This document shows, piece by piece, positions 61,682-64,000 of a stretch of DNA of 64,000 nt (position 1 is the stretch's first letter; each line of letters begins with the position of its first letter). Below the pieces are notes generated by a model. That model worked only from the letters and a program-made list of their open reading frames with translations. It was not told where the DNA came from and made no database searches. Made by a program: the position numbers and the translations under genes. Source of the stretch: a bacterium (GTDB taxonomy: Bacteria; Patescibacteriota; Minisyncoccia; JACQLN01); the NCBI GenBank assembly GCA_030697795.1, contig JAUYOV010000004.1:77886-141885 (forward strand), in the 5' to 3' direction.

Positions 61682-62490
61682 TTTTGCTTGTCTAGTTCTT
61701 CAAGAGCTAGACTGTATTCTTCATCTGAAGGATTTTTATAGTGATAAATAATTTTGTCCTCCATAAAACTCACCCCTTTACCTTTAACTGTACGGGCAAT
61801 AATAACTACTGGTTTTGTTAGCGGTGAATCAGATAGGACTTTTTCTATGGCTTCAAAATCATGCCCATCAACTTCTCTAACCTCCCAACCAAAAGACCGC
61901 CACTTATCAGTTAACGGTTCTAAATTTAATACTTCGTTGATACGACCGATAGCTTGCCAGCTGTTACAGTCTACAATAACCATTAAATTATCAAGCTGGT
62001 GATGGGCGGCCAGAAGAGCCGATTCCCAAGTAGTACCACAATTCATTTCTCCATCTGACATCAAGACAAAAGTTTTCCATTTTTGACCACTGCGCTTTGC
62101 TCCCAAAGCCATGCCGAGTCCAATCGGCAGGCCGTGGCCCATACTGCCCGTACTAGCCTCAATACCCCTAACCGAACGCTCCACTAAGCCAATATAGGGA
62201 CTACCTGGCTGACAATAAGTTGCTAGATCTTCTTGGGGTATAATTTTTTTTTCTGCTAAAAAAGCATAAGCGGCTGCGGCCGCCCAGCCTTTGGAAAAAA
62301 TGACCCGATCACGATCCTCTTTAAGTTCGCTGTCTAAATTAACAATTTTGTTATAAAGAACCGTCAATAAATCAATGCACGAAAAACATGACCCAATATG
62401 GCTTGCTTTAGCGGCATGAATCATGCCCAGCACAGTACGCCGAACGCGAGTTGAAGTTTGTTTATAGTCAGATAGGGCAGAAGACATCAT
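61678..62490 (-). CDS. transketolase, N-terminal (thiamine-diphosphate-binding) subunit
   Basis: GHGLPIGLGMAL...SDGEMNCG TPP-binding motifs. Confidence 0.85.
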   Translation of the reverse strand: MMSSALSDYKQTSTRVRRTVLGMIHAAKASHIGSCFSCIDLLTVLYNKIVNLDSELKEDRDRVIFSKGWAAAAAYAFLAEKKIIPQEDLATYCQPGSPYIGLVERSVRGIEASTGSMGHGLPIGLGMALGAKRSGQKWKTFVLMSDGEMNCGTTWESALLAAHHQLDNLMVIVDCNSWQAIGRINEVLNLEPLTDKWRSFGWEVREVDGHDFEAIEKVLSDSPLTKPVVIIARTVKGKGVSFMEDKIIYHYKNPSDEEYSLALEELDKQK

Positions 62491-62517
62491 GTTAATAAAA
62501 AGATGAATAATATTATA

Positions 62518-63495
62518 CTATAGATCATCAACCAATGGAATTTCTCGGTCATCATTCAATATTTTTCTAGCAATAAAACGCGGGCGATGTTTCACTTCTT
62601 CAAAAATTTTACCCAAATAATCTCCCATAACTGATATGGCTAGTAATTGAATTCCGCTAAAAAAAAGTATAAATACAATAAGTGTGGGTATACCACTAGG
62701 CGGAGTAGGACCCCAAAAGAACGCCACCATATAAATTATTATGGCCACGAAAGCTAAAACCATTACCAAAAAAGCAAAATTGGAAATCCATTCCAACGGT
62801 TTGTAGGAAAAGTTAATAATGAGTCTTTTGGCATTAAACAATCCCCGAAAAAAGCTTTGGGTTGTTTGGCCACTTAAGCGTAGCGCTCGCTCATACTCAA
62901 TACCAGTTTGTTTAAAGCCAACATAAGGGCGTACACCCCGAATAAATATATCTCTCTCGCCAAATTTAATAATTTCATTAACAACCTTTCTGTCCATTAA
63001 ACCAAAATCACTGGCATCCACCGGCACCGAAATATAGGCCAGTTTTCTAAAAACACGATAAAACAACTTATACAAAATCTGCCATATAATACCGCCTTGG
63101 CGTTTATGGCGAATGCCGTAAACAACATCAAAACCCTCTTGCCATTTTTTTAAAAACTTAGAAATTAATTCCGGTGGATCTTGTAAATCACCGTCCAACA
63201 AAATAGCACAATCCCCAGAACAATATTTTAAACCGGCCAAATAACTGGACTGTGAATAGCCAAAATTTCGACTCATTAAAATTACCTTCACCCGTTTGTC
63301 TTTAGCACATAAATCCTCATAGATTGATAAGGAATTATCATCGGAGTTATTATCTACATAAATTATCTCAAAAGAACAGTTTGCCTGTTCTAATGTTTTT
63401 TTAAGTCGCTCGTACATTGGTACAATGTTGGATTCTTCATTGTAACAAATCGTTATAATAGATATTTTTTTTTGATCGTTAACCATATAGTTCAT
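62518..63495 (-). CDS. family-2 glycosyltransferase with C-terminal TM helices (polyprenyl-phosphate glycosyltransferase type)
   Basis: ISIITICYNEESNI...LDGDLQD. Confidence 0.8.
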   Translation of the reverse strand: MNYMVNDQKKISIITICYNEESNIVPMYERLKKTLEQANCSFEIIYVDNNSDDNSLSIYEDLCAKDKRVKVILMSRNFGYSQSSYLAGLKYCSGDCAILLDGDLQDPPELISKFLKKWQEGFDVVYGIRHKRQGGIIWQILYKLFYRVFRKLAYISVPVDASDFGLMDRKVVNEIIKFGERDIFIRGVRPYVGFKQTGIEYERALRLSGQTTQSFFRGLFNAKRLIINFSYKPLEWISNFAFLVMVLAFVAIIIYMVAFFWGPTPPSGIPTLIVFILFFSGIQLLAISVMGDYLGKIFEEVKHRPRFIARKILNDDREIPLVDDL

Positions 63496-64000
63496 ACCAA
63501 TTTTTGAGCCGGCGTAGACCTTGCTCCAAAGAATTGATTCTGGGAGAATATTTCAATTCATTTCTAAGCTTACTTATATCAGGCGTGGTCTTTTGAGGTG
63601 CGTCAACAATATTGAGTGAGTTATTTTTTTCAATAACCCTTACCTTTATCGCATTATCAAAAATATTAACAAATAACTGAGCCATATCCTTAATAGTAAC
63701 TTCTTCTTCTGATCCGACATTATAGGCCTCGCCACTACGACCCAAAAGCAAGACCCGCCAAAAAGCGGTTATGGTATCGGCCACATAAGCGTATGTCCTT
63801 ATAAAATCTCTGCCATCTCCCAATTCTATATCCTCACCCTTAAAGCCTTTCTTCATATAATCGGGAATGGCTCGGCCATCGTTAAGACTCATACGGGGAC
63901 CATAGGTATGAAAACAGCGAACAATTTTTACCGGAACACCAAAAGATTTCCAAAAAGTATAACATAGGGTTTCACCAAACCGTTTCGCTTCCTGATAAAC
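63479..64000 (-). CDS. NAD-dependent epimerase/dehydratase, C-terminal part (gene continues beyond window end)
   Basis: The reading frame stays open upstream of the internal Met, through ...VRCFHTYGPRMSLNDGRAIP..., to the window edge. Confidence 0.7.
   Translation of the reverse strand, partial: VYQEAKRFGETLCYTFWKSFGVPVKIVRCFHTYGPRMSLNDGRAIPDYMKKGFKGEDIELGDGRDFIRTYAYVADTITAFWRVLLLGRSGEAYNVGSEEEVTIKDMAQLFVNIFDNAIKVRVIEKNNSLNIVDAPQKTTPDISKLRNELKYSPRINSLEQGLRRLKNWYELYG

Noticed and set aside
61196-62490. Transketolase split into two genes, as a possible pseudogene
   Set aside because: Split N- and C-terminal transketolase subunits with 4-nt overlap are a known native arrangement in many bacteria and archaea. 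Both halves are intact.

Overview
This looks like a low-GC, compact genome on one dominant coding strand, most plausibly a Patescibacteria/CPR-type bacterium (inferred from GC, gene content and a split transketolase). The window reads as follows.

- 1-156: a gatC 5' fragment.
- 288-1236: a HigB/HigA-like toxin-antitoxin pair next to a GC-rich orphan ORF.
- 1267-3309: ligA.
- 3.4-16.8 kb, all on the minus strand: a complete type IV pilus / competence-pilus locus. It holds PilX/W/V/FimT-like minor pilins (two of them a tandem duplicate), pilD, a secreted CARDB protein, two tandem pilA genes, pilC, pilT, a receiver-only response regulator, pilB, and pilO, pilN, pilM.
- 16.9-17.5 kb: comFC on the plus strand.
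- 17.4-18.8 kb: a rearranged segment bounded by three copies of a 23-bp perfect palindrome. It carries a duplicated comFC 3' end and two GC-rich orphan ORFs built on the same leader/hairpin architecture.
- 18.8-22.0 kb: the str operon (rpsL, rpsG, fusA). fusA carries a -1 frameshift, and there is no tuf.
- 22.2-25.4 kb: an M50 protease, rpmB, tRNA-Pro(GGG) plus an orphan tRNA 3' fragment, and a PGI/PMI isomerase.
- 25.4-64 kb: a very large cell-envelope glycan locus. It contains:
  - a WbaP-like initiating transferase;
  - gmd, fcl and a Nudix gene (GDP-fucose route);
  - NeuC/NeuB/NeuA-like nonulosonic-acid genes;
  - a TagD-like cytidylyltransferase plus three TagF-like polyol-phosphate transferases (teichoic-acid-like);
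  - two GNAT paralogues;
  - an FkbH-like enzyme with an ACP, and a DltA-like adenylating enzyme with a carrier protein and AcpS;
  - methyltransferases, GT2s and two paralogous large membrane proteins;
  - aminotransferases and a split transketolase.

Several families of short structured repeats recur in the intergenic regions. They are not explained by the genes.
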